DNA of 64,000 bases, from contig OZ316895.1 of assembly GCA_973895155.1 (NCBI GenBank), positions 23,138,558 to 23,202,557 of the forward strand. Direction: 5' to 3'. This document shows positions 63,001-64,000 of the stretch, in pieces (position 1 is the first letter of the stretch; the number at the start of each line of letters is the position of its first letter). The notes beneath the pieces are model-generated. The model was not told the origin of the DNA. It searched no databases and saw only the letters and a program-made list of their open reading frames with translations. Made by a program: the position numbers and the translations under genes. Origin of the DNA: Marsupella aquatica. Its lineage: Eukaryota > Plantae > Marchantiophyta.

Positions 63001-64000
63001 TTTTACTTGGCAGGTCATCGATCTGCTGTTCTTAAAAACACGCTGGCTACCGCCACTAACTTGGGCGGTCACTATGTGCAATCTTGTCCGCACTTAGATC
63101 CTTGCAAATGTGTCAGCGCCCTTCAAGAATCTTGGGTGCCCTTCATAAAAATTATTGAACTTAAAAGTTGACGATGATGACAGAGTTAACCCATAATTAG
63201 GCAATTGTTGTGACCAGTTTTCAAACCCAAAACCCCCTAAGTAGGTAAAGTTTGCTTAGAAGTTGGTTTTTGCTGAGGTAGCAGATGCAAAAAACCTGCA
63301 GCAGGTCACAAAAAAGTAGGGATACAGCAGATTTGAGACTGCCCTCATTAATCCAGCTTTGAGCCTACCTCATTCTGATTCCACAGTGGAGTACAGTAAA
63401 CTGTTCCTAAGTTCACACTCCTAGGAAGAAGCGCCTTGCACTTACATGCAATTTGCACTTACATGCAATTTGCACTCTCTGATAAGTGCACATTTTCAGA
63501 CTTTGCACTCATAGATAAGTAACAAAAGTGGTTCCTCCTGGTACTAGAGTGCCTGGACTTTCAATCATTCCCTTTCTGGTCACATTGGAGAAGTTGTCAT
63601 CTCATGGTCAGATAGAATGCTAGTGCTTTCCCTAAACCATCAACTGATGGCACATCCCTACAGTAAACCCCTGTCAACTATCTCACATCTTCAACATTAA
63701 CTCCACACAAAACTGGTATGCACTTACGCACAAGAGTTTCAGATAGGATTTTGTGCTCTTACTCATAAGTGTATATACAGCCTTATACAGGGTTTCGCAC
63801 TTATATATTGTGGTTTAGTGGGTCCTCGTTGCACTCTACAAACTGCAAGAAAGTGCAAAATGGTATTGTCTGGAAATCAAAGGGAAATACCCGACACCTT
63901 GCAATTAGGCAGGTGTTGCACTTATACAGTAATTGGTAGCCTACTGTAAACTAAAGTCCTCAGCTGATTCGAAGTGCACCACATTCCATGTCGCGCTGAT

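Noticed and set aside
63390-63950. pogo/mariner-like MITE (TACAGTA...TACTGTA ends, gcacttat motifs)
   Set aside because: The terminal inverted repeats match over only ~7 bp, so boundaries cannot be supported.

Overview
This is eukaryotic land-plant nuclear DNA with GT-AG introns; a bryophyte or liverwort source is possible but not established. Six intact-looking genes can be read: PEX14 (+, 8017-12553, 11 coding exons), an intronless At3g28720-like membrane protein (+, 21395-23458), a class III peroxidase (-, 27310-29518), an At5g57230-like thioredoxin-fold protein (+, 48749-50299), the minor-spliceosome protein U11/U12-31K/ZCRB1 (-, 51774-54036) and a germin-like protein (-, 60480-61094). 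Transposable elements include a very young non-autonomous LTR element (identical 144-bp LTRs, CCTTG TSD), a truncated non-LTR insert with a 14-bp TSD, a probable SINE and a probable Helitron. The most unusual feature is repeated local inverted copying of gene parts. (i) Bases 1-2715 are an inverted mosaic of PEX14 and the peroxidase gene, joined in a head-to-tail (circle-like) order. (ii) A four-copy decayed orphan family at 13.4-18.6 kb carries an inverted copy of the neighbouring gene's 5' intron. (iii) A ~1.5-kb inverted repeat at 54.4-59.7 kb carries a SufE/LRR chimera. Two tandem arrays also amplify functional signals: four copies of a splice donor, and 13 copies of the germin leader with its start-codon site. 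Exon boundaries and family assignments were made by eye and from memory; no searches were run.
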